This document shows, in pieces, positions 23,124-34,873 of a stretch of 64,000 nucleotides of DNA. Numbering within the stretch: position 1 is the first letter of the stretch; every line of letters begins with the position of its first letter. Location: assembly GCA_030704615.1 (NCBI GenBank), contig CM060731.1, forward strand, positions 372,001-436,000, given 5' to 3'. This stretch comes from Takakia lepidozioides. Its lineage: Eukaryota; Plantae; Bryophyta. The notes beneath the pieces are model-generated. The model had not been told where the DNA came from. It made no database searches and was given only the letters and a program-made list of their open reading frames with translations. The position numbers were made by a program, and so were the translations under genes.

Positions 23124-24773
23124 TCAACGCTTCTTCCGCTTTTGAGGTCGCCCTTCGAAAGCTGCGATCGCCTCGGATGCGTTTCCCATTTCTGAGGCAC
23201 GCACCCAAGATGCCTCCACATGATGATAGCCCTTCCATTTGACGAGATACTCCATTTCTTGGTTCTTGAACCTCCTTGACTTAAGTATCGCCTCCACCTC
23301 GTACTCAGGTTCATTTTCATGATCCAACAGCATAGGTGGCGGACGCAACACTTGATGCCGATTCGGACGCGCTTCATCTTTGAAGTAAGGCTTCAAAAGG
23401 GAGACATGGAATACTGGGTGCACCTTGCTGTTTGCCGGCAGCTCCAATTCATACACATCCTCATTCATAACCTTCCGAATGCGAAAGGGTCCCGCATACG
23501 GAGGTACGAACTTCGGACTCACTTCCGGAGGTAGTCGGAAATTCTTGATGTTCAACCAGACCTCCGTGCCTGCCTCAAACTTCACTTCCCTCCGCTTCCG
23601 ATTCCCCTGCCTTTCATACCGTTTCCTAGCTTTGGCAATGTTGTACTTTGCGAGCTTCAACAAACGCTCGCATTCTTCCAGTACTGCCGCTACTGCCGGT
23701 TCCTCAACGTCGTGGGCGGCCCAACTTGTCGGCACCAGAGGTGCTTTTCCATAGACCAATACGAAAGGGGAAACTCCCGTTGCGGAGTGTTCTGTGTTAT
23801 TATAACAGAACTCTGCCGCGTCTAAGTGTTCCACCCAGTCTGTTTGGTCTGCCGACACGTAATTCCGCAAGATCTGCTTCACTACGGAATTCACCCTTTC
23901 TGTTTGGCCGTCGGTCGTAGGTCGGAAGGCGGTGCTCATCTTCAGCCTCATCCCCATCTTCTTCCAAAGTGCTCTCCAGAATTTACTCCTAAACTTTGGA
24001 TCGCGGTCTGAGACAATATCCTTCGGGACTCCATGATGCTTTAAGACGTGGGCGAAGTAAAGTCGCCCTGTCTCCTGCGCCGTTGCCGTCTCCTTGGTGG
24101 GGATGAAATGGCCCATTTTACTGAACCTATCTACCACCACCATGATTGCATCAAATCCTTTTGACAGCGGCATAGCAGTCATGAAATCCATCGAGACGCT
24201 TTCCCAAGTCCCCTCTGGAATCGGCAAGGGTTGTAACAGCCCCGCTTGCTTTTTGTATTCACTCCGGTTTTGTTGGCATGTGGTGCATGTCTTGACATAC
24301 TCCTCTGCCTCCTCCCTCAGTTTGGGCCAGAAATACTCTCTCTTCAAGAGTGCCGCAGTGCGCTTGGCTCCGCCGTGGCCCGCAAGCGGGCTATCATGGC
24401 ATTCTCTCAAGAGGCTATCTCTGATCCCTCCCTTCGGCACGTAGAGACGTTTTTGCTTATACCGGAGCAGTCCATTTTGCAAGTGGAACTGCGATTTAAC
24501 CCCCATCCTCAAGTCCTGCATCACGGACTTTGCCAGCTCATCCTTCCGGCAAGCCTTCCGGATCTTCCTTTGGAGCGCCGTCTCGCCCTTGTACACCAAC
24601 AAGAGCTGCTGCTTTCTACTTAAAGCATCGGCCACCACGTTGTCTCGTCCCAGTTTGTACTGGATATCCACGTCGAACACCGCCAAAGTATCTTGCCACC
24701 TAAGTTGTTTTGGGGACAACTTGGGCTGCGTGGCAAAATACTTCACCGTGACATTGTCCGTGAACACCTTCAC
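23124..24773 (-). CDS. G2 RNase H end, integrase and chromodomain
   Basis: HHCC finger (H...GH.G...C.TC), SMDF, VSDRD, TDGQTER, GPF, and EYEVEAIL...YLVKWKGY...SW chromodomain. Confidence 0.93.
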   Translation of the reverse strand: MKVFTDNVTVKYFATQPKLSPKQLRWQDTLAVFDVDIQYKLGRDNVVADALSRKQQLLLVYKGETALQRKIRKACRKDELAKSVMQDLRMGVKSQFHLQNGLLRYKQKRLYVPKGGIRDSLLRECHDSPLAGHGGAKRTAALLKREYFWPKLREEAEEYVKTCTTCQQNRSEYKKQAGLLQPLPIPEGTWESVSMDFMTAMPLSKGFDAIMVVVDRFSKMGHFIPTKETATAQETGRLYFAHVLKHHGVPKDIVSDRDPKFRSKFWRALWKKMGMRLKMSTAFRPTTDGQTERVNSVVKQILRNYVSADQTDWVEHLDAAEFCYNNTEHSATGVSPFVLVYGKAPLVPTSWAAHDVEEPAVAAVLEECERLLKLAKYNIAKARKRYERQGNRKRREVKFEAGTEVWLNIKNFRLPPEVSPKFVPPYAGPFRIRKVMNEDVYELELPANSKVHPVFHVSLLKPYFKDEARPNRHQVLRPPPMLLDHENEPEYEVEAILKSRRFKNQEMEYLVKWKGYHHVEASWVRASEMGNASEAIAAFEGRPQKRKKR

Positions 24774-27670
24774 TGGGTTGGAACCAATATAGTGGCGCCA
24801 GAGCTCAACTCACTGCACCACCGCCTTCATCTCTTTTTCGTGCGTCGGCCACCGTCGCTCCACTTCATTCAATTTCTTACTTTCGTAAGCCACTGGACGT
24901 CCATCTTGCATCAGTACACCCCCAATCGCGAAGTCCGACGCATCTGTGTGTATCTCGAATGGACGATCAAACTCCGGGATTTTCAAGACTGGAGCTTCCG
25001 CCATCTGCTACTTCAATTCAGCAAAAGCTTGGCCACAAAAGGTGTTCCATGCCCAGACTTTAGATTTACACAGAAGGTCTGACAGCGGCCCCGCAATCTT
25101 GACGAAATTTCTCACATACTTCCGGTAATAGGAGGCGAGTCCTAGGAAGGATCGCACTCCCGGGACCGAAGTCGGAGGATCCTAGTCCAAGATCGCCCTC
25201 ACCTTTCTGTCATCCATTTTGATCCCATCCTGTGTAATCACATGCCCCTGGAACTCCACTTTTGTGACCCCGAATTCGCACTTTGAAGCTTTGGCATACA
25301 GCTTCCCTTCCCGCAATTTGTGGAACACCCTTTTGAGGTGCTCCAGGTGCTCCTCCTTTGTTTTCGAATACACCAAGATGTCGTCGATGTACACGATCAC
25401 AAAGTCATCCAACCACTCCTGGAAAAGGCTGTTCATCAGCGTGCTAAAGGTCGCAGGTGCATTCGTGAGCCCAAAAGGCATCACCAGGAACTCATATGAA
25501 CCATACCTTGTCATGCACGCGGTCTTCTCCTCATCTCCTTCCGCCACCCAAATTTGGTGATAGCCGGAGCGCAAGTCAATCCGGCTGAAATACTTCGCTC
25601 CTGCCAACCGATCCAAGAGGTCGTCGATCCTTGGCAAAGGGTACCGGTTTTTGATAGTCAACTTGTTCAGAGCCCTGTAATCGACACACATCCGCAGCGT
25701 CCCATCCTTCTTGTCTGCAAATAGCACCGGGGCTCCGTAAGGTGACTTACTCGGCCGGATGTACCCCTTTGACATTAGATCCTTGAGCTGAGTCTTCAGC
25801 TCGACCAACTCCCTGTGGCTCAACCGGTAGGGGGCCTTGGCAGGCGGTTCCGATCCCGGTATCACCTCAATCTTGTGGTCAACTCCTCTTCGCGGTGGCA
25901 AGCCGCTTGGTAAATCCTCCGGCATCACATCCTGGTATTTCTCCAAGATCCCCTTGATCCAATCTGGGCTCGGCTCCCCATCGCCTTCTCCCTTCACTTC
26001 TCTAATGTAAAGCAAAAATTGGGGCTCGTGGGCCTCCTCCACGGCCCACTCCCTTGCTGACAGAAGGTTTATTCGCCCTCCCACGGATTTGGGCGTTTCC
26101 GACACTCTTAAAACCTCGCCACCATTCCCACATGGCAGCGTGATCACTCTCTTGCGGCCGTCTATGACCGCTCCGGATTTGCTCAAAAAGGTCATCCCCA
26201 AAATGAGATCCACTACATCGATCTCGCAAATGCTGAAGTTCCCACGTCCCTTCCAACTCCCCAGTTGAAGAGGAACATCAAACGCCAACCTTGTCGCCAA
26301 CTGTGGTTCTCCTTTGGCAGAACGCACCTCAATAGAGGCCCCCACGTCACTTGTCGGGAGTCCCAACTTTCGCACCGTCGCCGGCGTCATGAAGGAGTGC
26401 GACGGTCCTGTGTCCACCAACAACGACACGTTAGTTCCGGATATTATCCCTTCCACGAACAATAACTGTCTCCCTTTACGCAGGGCGCCAGTTTCCTGAT
26501 ACAACTCACAAGAATAGTTGCCTACCTTGCAAGTCTTGGCAACCACCGCTTCCACCAAGCGACTGATGGTATCTTCCGACAGCTCCGTGGTTGCCCGAGT
26601 CATGTTCAATTGACGAGGTTTTGTGCACTTCTTGGCCATGTGCCCGGGCTCCCCGCAATTGAAACAAACTCCATCAAAGGTCGCCTTCTGTCCACCATAT
26701 GTTGCTCCACCCGCTTTTCCTTTCGAAGCACCGGGTGCCGCCTTGACGTGTGAAGGCCCTCCCTTCGATTTCCACGTGCCATTGTCGCCGCGTGGCCTAT
26801 CCCACTTCTTTTCCGGTCGGAAGGAGTCACCTTCCCGCCGGGTCTTCTTGTGGTTCAGCTCCGTACGGCCTTGTCTCTCACCCCTAGGGACATCCAAGAA
26901 ACATTCAGCCCTCTCAATTGCCTCGTTCAAAGTCTTGGGTGGCTTCTCCACCAACTTCCGCCTGGCCCATGGGGCCAGCCCGCCACAAACTTGAAGACCA
27001 TTTCTGGTTCTGCCATGTCCGCGACTTCGAGCAATAGCACATTGAAAGCTTGGACATACCCCCGAATGTCATCTGTTTGCTTCATATTCCTCATCTTGTC
27101 CCGGGCAAGCCAGGACGCGTTGAGGGGCACAAACTGTCTCTTCATCAATTCCTTGAACTCACTCCAGTTCAAGGTTTCCGGGCTTGGGCCTCGGTCGTGA
27201 AGGCGTTTCTGCCACCATTGTTGAGCATAGCCCCTCAAATAGGTGGGAGCCACTTCCACCCGATCCTCGTCACTCAACTTGGCCGCCCGGAAGTACTGCT
27301 CTAGCTCCAGGAGCCAGGTGTTGAGTGCCTTCCGATTTCGGACGCCCTCAAAGGTGCCGGGTTCCTTAGGCTTCACCTTAAACTTTGCCTTAGTGGAAGT
27401 GGCATTAGCCGCCTTCAACACGTCTTTCAACATCCCGCCAAACTGCGCCAACAACCCTTCCCAAAAGGCTGCCGGCATGGGAGGCATCTCTTGGTTTGTC
27501 GGAACTCCCAAGGATTCCTCGGATTCCTCCCGCTCTTGAGCGGCCTCGTTTTCGGAAACATGCATCGCTTCCTCAAACGGCCGCCTCGGTGACAAGTCGC
27601 CCCCATCGGGCACACCAGGATCATCGTCTTTTGGGCCGTTCCGCTTTCGCTTCGGCTTGCCCGACCCCAT
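24774..27670 (-). pseudogene. G2 gag-protease-RT-RNase H (frameshifts and stops)
   Basis: [59 protein letters not shown]. Confidence 0.92.
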
Positions 27671-27711
27671 TATGAGGCCAATCCCAAGGACAATCGCGTA
27701 CTGAACTCTAA

Positions 27712-27723
27712 GCTCTGATACCA
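27712..27723 (-). promoter_or_regulatory. Primer binding site complementary to initiator tRNA-Met
   Basis: The minus strand reads TGGTATCAGAGC two bases after the LTR end. Confidence 0.9.
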
Positions 27724-27725
27724 AG

Positions 27726-28235
27726 TGTCGCGCACCTCACTTCGGTAAGCTCCCCTTCAAGTCATAGTTACTCGCTTTGATGCGCGCGCCTAATTCCCAA
27801 CCTGGCCGCCGGGCCAACTTGGAGCTTCGGCTGCTCACCGGGGCATAACGGTCCCCCCTTTGTTCTCCCAAAGAACCCTCCACCGATTTGGAACCGGCGG
27901 GAATTCCCTTTGGTAGTTGGCAGTCCGGAACAGCTCCCCACTCTTTGGTCGCTTTCCGGCTCGCTCGCTTACTCACTAGTTTTTGGTCACCAACGGGCTT
28001 GCATCGTTCTCGGGGTTACTACTCCCTATATATACTTCTGTAGCTGTCCGCGGGGGTTTCATAACCAGCCATGCCATTTTATGGCGAACCACCACGAAAA
28101 CCCTCGACTCCCGGTGATGAGTCGCGGTGAGTCTTGGCCCACTCACCACGGCCCCTATGGACCGTGATGAGTCCCAAGACTCCCCACGACTCCCACCACG
28201 AGGTCTCCGCCCCCATGGTGAGTCCTATGCCACCC
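27726..28235 (-). repeat. G2 5' LTR, truncated
   Basis: Matches 21494-~22003, then switches abruptly to MULE sequence. Confidence 0.88.
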
Positions 28236-28303
28236 AACCGGTCGGAATTGCGCTGTCTCAAGCGGTCGGAATTGCACTCGGCTCCATGCATCAGATACAA
28301 AAT

Positions 28304-28801
28304 GGAAATGCGGCGCCGCATTTCCGTTCTGGAATGTCGGAAAGTGCGACTCGGACGGAAATGCGGTGCCGCATTTCTGTTCCCGTTGTTCATAATTCTC
28401 AATCAGAATGGAAATGCGGTACCGCATTTCCATTCCACCTTCACATACCGTGCTTTCTGGATGGAAATACGTTACCGCATTTCCGTTCTGGATAGTGTTA
28501 AGGTCTCACCCGGGCGGATATGCGGTGCCGCATTTCTGTTCCCTTTGTTCATAATTCTCAATCAGAACGGAAATGCGGTACCGCATTTCCGTTCCACTTC
28601 CACATACCGTGCTTGCTGGATGGAAATGCGTTACCGCATTTCCGTACCACCTTCACATACCGTGCTTGCTGGATGGAAATGCGTTACCGCATTTCCGTTC
28701 TGGAGAGTATAAAGGTTTCCCCCGGACGGAAACTCGGTGCCGCATTTCCGTCGCTCTGGTGCATGACCAAGATGCAATACGGAAATGCGGCGCTGTATTT
28801 C
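28304..28801. repeat. Array of subfamily 1 palindrome GGAAATGCGG..CCGCATTTCC upstream of a transposase
   Basis: About ten copies in ~50-55-bp units. Same motif as 6181-6973. Confidence 0.9.
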
Positions 28802-29218
28802 CGTCCACCAGCAATCGAAAGAATCACTCGGGACGGGAAATCTGGAACCTGAATGGGTTGCATTGTTCCGAAACAACACAATTGCGGCCAGTCTTGATGA
28901 GCACAACTTGGTTGTCTGACCGTTTTAACTAACAGTACTGGCACTTGTCAGTGCGAACGTTCCTGTCTGCACCGAGAATACTGCTGGATCCACCCTCAGG
29001 AGAAACTGTCAGGAGATGTTATTTCGTCGCCGAATCGGCCATCATTGTCTAACTACTGGCTATGGAATCACACCTCCCACCTTCATGCATGTAGCTTGAA
29101 ACAATACTTTCCACTTCAATGTGCGACTTCCAATCGTCGATGGACTCCGCATGGTGCCTGTGAGCCTTGGTCTGTCGCTATACTGAACCTCGCACTTGCC
29201 AACTTCGTGCGGTCTTCG

Positions 29219-32200
29219 ATGGCTCCGAATTCCTACGCTATAGTTTGCTGTCCTCCGCAACTTGGGAGAGCCTGGATCCCAAACGAGGGAGGACTTTGCA
29301 GAGTGACTGAAACTTACCTTTGTTCCAAATTTAAGCTCAAACCGGGCACAGTTTATTTGGAAGAAGAAAGGAATGATGTTCCTGGACAGGTTGACGAGAC
29401 CATTGTCGTGCTAGGTAACGACGGAGGTTGCGGAATCGAATGGCACGTACCCCCATCAGACACCATCCTATACCGAGCTGTGGGAATGCCCATTCCCTTT
29501 CCGAATCAGTCGCTGCCCACACCATCCACAAAGGAGTCCGGAAACCGACAGGCGGCCACTGCCAACAGAGAGGTATGCAACGATAATCATTCCCGACCTG
29601 GACCATCAAGACCCTCCATAGCTTCTCGTGTGGACGTATTCGACATTTCCGACGAGGAAGATGATTGCATTGAGGTACCCATGTCCTCCGCACGGTCGTT
29701 CAAATCCGGCATGGACGTCTCTGTAGGTGCTACGCATGTGCCCTCGAGCATAACTCCAACCCGGTCCATTGTGCAGCTCCTACGACAACATCACCTCGAT
29801 GGTTCTCGCTCCGAGCTGGCTGCTCTCGACTATGCCAAATTCCCAGTCAGAAAGGTAACGTTTCTGCCTCCCGAAGTCGATGGCAATGTCATCTTCGAGT
29901 TTCCACCTGTTTCTTCGTCAAACAAAGCCTCCGGGATGTTAACAGACATGGATCGAAAGCATGACGGACACCCCTGGTGTGTGACGAAGACCAGTAGCAC
30001 GAAAATTGCTGATGGTGTTCGTGTACGATATGTCCTCTGTGCGGGGAAGCTGAGGTGCCTCAATCCACCTGCTTCACTTTCTCTCCAAAGGAGGGCGGAG
30101 AAACAAGACGGATTGGACTGGCACAACGCATCATCCATTCATTGTCTCCAGCCAAGCTCCTGCGGGTTCTTTCAAGTGTGCACATTGCAAAGAACCACCG
30201 ACGTGCATGTCCATGTGCAGAGCCAAGCAATATTACGTAATCCATTTGCTCCCGGACTTGACTAGAGCTTGCATACACGTTGGGGTCCACTACCACCCCT
30301 TGGCAAGAGGCAACATGCGGGAGGCTGTGCAGGAAGCACACGACATCATAAAAGAGGAGGTGAAATTGAGCCCCGGAGCCAGACCAAAGCAGATTCAGCC
30401 CACAATCATGTCTGAAGATGGTTCCGACCGAGAGCCCTTGACCGAAGATGAGATGCGTGACCTCTTGGAGTCCGTCTCGCACGTTTGTAGTCCGAATGTG
30501 CGGAATCACATCGTATCTTGCAAACAGGAGTTCGGCAGGGGGTCGGACATGTACTCAATCCTGGAGGTGAAACAAATGACTGGATATGACTACATCCAAG
30601 GTAGCAGGTTTCCAGGGCAAGGCAGCGAATCCGATCGTTGTTACATTTTCAAAATGTCAACGTGTGGGCCTGGGAGTGGAGTCGACTTGGTCACTCGCAT
30701 GACAACTGGAAACTTGTCGAATGCTTGGGTGATGTTTGATCACATCAAGCGAATTACAAACCATCAGTGGGTGACTATGGGTGCGCATGTTTATGACTAT
30801 CACTCCAAGAGGCTCATGACGATTGCAATCTGCGAGATGAAAGGGGAGGACACACAGTCCGAGATGCATCTGTGGGAGGGCATAAACGAGCAGATGGCAA
30901 GGGCGGGATTGCCAGAGCCCAATTTCAGGGGTTCATGGCAGACAACGCTCAGGCCAACTGGGCAGCGGTGCGGCGTGTGTACGGTGAGGACCCCAATGTT
31001 CCAATGGAGGGGAAAGAGAGATCCTGTGGATTCCGTTGGATGCAGAGTCTATCCCACTACACTACCAAATTTGTTGCTAGCTCATTCCAGGCTGAACACC
31101 GTGTCCTTTGTACGGCGTGGAAGGATGCACCCACATTTGATGACGCGGAGGTTAAGTTTGCTATCATCGAGGCTTGGTGGAACACGTCAGGTGCAGTGGA
31201 GACAACCAATCTGGGAGCATTGCACAGCTGGTTGGGGTGGTGGCATTTTCGGTATCGACAGTTCGGACAGTACATGCGGGAGGTAGCTGCTGTCATTTTC
31301 GTTCATTTGTCTTTCTGTTACGGACATTTCGATTGGTCCCTCACCATTGTTTGTGTCCTTCTAGGAGCGGTGCTTGGATTCCGACACGGACATGCCGAAC
31401 ACGAATATGGCAGAATCGGTCCACTCCTCCTGGCGAGCGTCTTCTGTCGCACATCCGGTGGACGTAGTGACGGCCACAACGGAGGACATCGACAGAGCAA
31501 TCATGCAGCAAGCCACGTACTACAAGTTCCTGAGCGGCAAACAATGGGGCTTTGGCCGGACAGGGAGGAATTGTTGGTACGAACAGCTCTGAGGTCCAAG
31601 AATCCAGTGAAATGGGCGACAGCATTGCGAGAGAAGATCAAAGGGACGCCTCTGCACCGCAGAGGTGAACACCTAGAGGGGGACGTCCGGACTCGCCCTG
31701 TCAGGCAGAGGATTGAAGAGGAACCCGGGTGCGAAGAGGATTCCTAGAGATCCGACAGGAACATTCGGACAGCACCTCGAGGTCCGTCATGTTGCCGCAC
31801 AATGTGTCTTCCAGCAGTGGAAGCCCAAGAAATTCCAGATCGCCGTCGCCTTCAACCAGGGATTTTGTGCGAGAAATTCCCACCGCTCCCTTGCCCCAGA
31901 TTCCGCCCGCTGTTATGCAGTATGGCCAAGCCATTGTGGAGACGACTGTGTCTGCATCACAGTGGAGAATTGCTCGCACAAAGCCGTCGTTTCGAGGAAG
32001 GTGTTCCGCAATTCGTGTGGATACACGGCAACGTTGTTTAGAATGATAAGGAGGAATCCAGATGGGGCTGTCCCTGCTCCTACTTTTACAGGAAGATTTG
32101 TCCATGCAAAGTTTGCGGAGGCGACAACCACCCAGTTCTGGTTCTGCAGCACGACATTATGACTTGCGTGTATGGATCCCAAGTACGGCATACACCAATG

Positions 32201-32704
32201 CCAGAGGCTCCAAAAGAACCCCCGGTGTGGCCGTGGACCAGGCTGCGATCTGAGTCAGGTTGAGGCCGACGCCCTTACCCGCCGCAGGATTTCGGATTGG
32301 TGCAGCGCACTGACGTCCCCAGACAACCATTCCGCTTCCACAGCCTCCACCACCGACCCCTGTGAGAGCAAGAACAATTGGACACGACAGCTCTAAGCAT
32401 CCTACACACCGTTGGGGGAAACCGAAGGGCGCGCGACCTCCCTCAAAGTGAACGAGACAAGGATGGGGAATGCACTTCGGATGAACTGTACAATCCAGAG
32501 CTCGACTGAAGTGCCCCCACCAGGTTTCGGCCGTGTGTATCAGATGGCCACGGCGGGCTCAGCTATTCGCAATGAGGTGTACACCATCACCATTTCAGAA
32601 TTACCCACCTGCAATTGCCAAACCGACTTCCAGATCATGGTGAACAAGGGGGCCATCATACTGCCTTGCAAGCATTTGTACTAAGCTTTACCTAAAGAGA
32701 CTCC
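29219..32704 (+). pseudogene. GCM-domain MULE-like transposase with SWIM finger (copy D)
   Basis: DGHPWCVTK, MFDHIKR, GFMADNAQAN, WLGWWH, NTNMAESVH, YTITISELPTCNC...PCKHLY. Intron at ~31283-31364. Frameshifted. Confidence 0.85.
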
Positions 32705-33397
32705 CTTTGTAATTCCACAACTCATCACTTCATCATGCACCAGGGTTGAGCCCCCAGGACTCTCTGAATATGGATCCATGGGACCAGTGAGCTTGGCTTG
32801 CGGTCCCATACAATGGTACGCCCATCCTTTTCGGATAGTAGAACTGTACTGGCGCCAGTACCTCAGACTCTGGCCACAGAAAGGTCCGACATATGGCTTG
32901 CCTGAATCCTCATGTATATCTTTGGCACCACCTTGCTCATTGTTGGCCTCAGGGTCCTCAGACACTTGATCTACAGTCATCCCTGTTGAGGTCCAACCTG
33001 GCCTTCCGCTGCCACATACACAGAATGCAATGCCTGCCATCCGGGCACCATCTCCTCGTCCGCTCACCATGCCACCGAGCTCCAGTGTCATCCTTCTGGC
33101 TTCGTGCATGGATTGCCACTGCCACTCAACCCCTCTGCATTGCGATGTGACCAAACCCGGTCGATGCACCACCTGAAAGTCATACTTTGAAGGATGAGTG
33201 CCCACCGTGCAAGCTTCCCCGTAAGCTTGTCTGACTCCATCAACCACTTGAGTGGTTGGTGATCCGCGACAAGAGTGAAGAGATTGCCGTATAGATAGCA
33301 CCTGAAGTGTGCTACGCCCACACTGCAGCTAAGCATTCTCCCTCATATGTATTACTTATACTCTGCAGCATTGTTCGAGCGTCTAGCATAAGCCACT
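32705..33397 (-). pseudogene. Degraded RNase H and integrase start of the DNMT-carrying Gypsy (continuation of 60570-64000)
   Basis: Reads VAYARRSNNAAE...YLYG..FTLVADHQPLKWL...KLARWALIL, joining GREFVV at 60570 across TSD CCACT. Confidence 0.85.
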
Positions 33398-33492
33398 TGT
33401 TAGAGGACTGTCTGGGACTTAGACACTTATACGGGATCTGTGGGGTACCCTTAATTTTGCACAGACTGAGACCAACAGGAGCCTTAGGGTGA

Positions 33493-33992
33493 NNNNNNNN
33501 NNNNNNNNNNNNNNNNNNNNNNNNNNNNNNNNNNNNNNNNNNNNNNNNNNNNNNNNNNNNNNNNNNNNNNNNNNNNNNNNNNNNNNNNNNNNNNNNNNNN
33601 NNNNNNNNNNNNNNNNNNNNNNNNNNNNNNNNNNNNNNNNNNNNNNNNNNNNNNNNNNNNNNNNNNNNNNNNNNNNNNNNNNNNNNNNNNNNNNNNNNNN
33701 NNNNNNNNNNNNNNNNNNNNNNNNNNNNNNNNNNNNNNNNNNNNNNNNNNNNNNNNNNNNNNNNNNNNNNNNNNNNNNNNNNNNNNNNNNNNNNNNNNNN
33801 NNNNNNNNNNNNNNNNNNNNNNNNNNNNNNNNNNNNNNNNNNNNNNNNNNNNNNNNNNNNNNNNNNNNNNNNNNNNNNNNNNNNNNNNNNNNNNNNNNNN
33901 NNNNNNNNNNNNNNNNNNNNNNNNNNNNNNNNNNNNNNNNNNNNNNNNNNNNNNNNNNNNNNNNNNNNNNNNNNNNNNNNNNNNNNNNNNNN
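33493..33992. other. Assembly gap (500 N)
   Basis: Run of n. Confidence 1.
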
Positions 33993-34873
33993 GGCGTTGA
34001 GCGTGAAACGAGCTGCACAAACTCCTCCTCGGGATTCCAGAAATCATTGATGGGGAAACGGAATCCCCCATATGGATATTTTCAAATGCATTTTGCTGTA
34101 TCAAACTTTTTTTTGGCAGTGTAATGAAATGCACCCCAAAACTCTCTGGAATGAGGCAATATCCATTCAAACTGAGATCCAACAGAACAGTTGTGGGGCC
34201 ATTTCTGGAAAAATGGCGCCGAATTTCTCTTTTTGGGGGAAAAACTGGCTAAGTCCCAACATGCACTGTACCTGTGTCTGGGAAAATGGCGCCGAATTTC
34301 CTCTTTTTGGGGGCCGAAACTGCTAAGTCCCAACATGCACTGGTACCGTGTCTGGAAAAATGGGCGCCGAATTCTCTTTTTTGGGCCGAAATTGGCTAAG
34401 TCCAACATGCACTGGTACATGTCTAGAAAATGGCAACCGAATTTCCCTATTTTGCGCCGAAAACTGGCTAAGTTCGAACATGCACTGGAAAAATGGCGCC
34501 GAATTAACCTGTCATGAGGGGACCTATAGCCGCGGAATTCGGCACCATTTTTCTTCGCCAGAGAGACCTATTACCGGGAATACGTCGCAGTTTTTTCAGG
34601 TTACGGACCCTATTACCGCGAAATTCGGCGCATATTTGCACATGTCCTGGGAATTGGATGAGCGGAAGACGAAATATCATGAGCCCAACTGTCAAAAGTG
34701 CCATTTTCCCTTCCAGGGGCCGAATAATTATTTTGTTTTCCTGACACATGCATTAACTTATTGTTTTTTATTTTTTTTCTTTTCGAGATTTGTGACTTCT
34801 GCTCATTGAAAACCGATTGTGTTACTACCTCTCATGCCGCTCATTCCGCTCATGCTCATGAAATAGCAACCTC
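33993..34873 (+). mobile_element. MULE terminus: transposase 3' end, ~62-bp tandem array, TIR ending CTCATGAAATAGCAACCTC
   Basis: Inverted copy of 39548-40520. Confidence 0.85.

Larger units (their letters stand above)
21494..28235 (-). mobile_element. Chromovirus-type Ty3/Gypsy retrotransposon G2 (5' LTR truncated)
   Basis: Order is LTR, PBS, gag (CCHC knuckle), protease, RT, RNase H, integrase, chromodomain, PPT, LTR. Inserted in a G1 integrase. Confidence 0.93.

Noticed and set aside
33419-34182. ORFs spanning poly-X
   Set aside because: Artefacts of the N gap.
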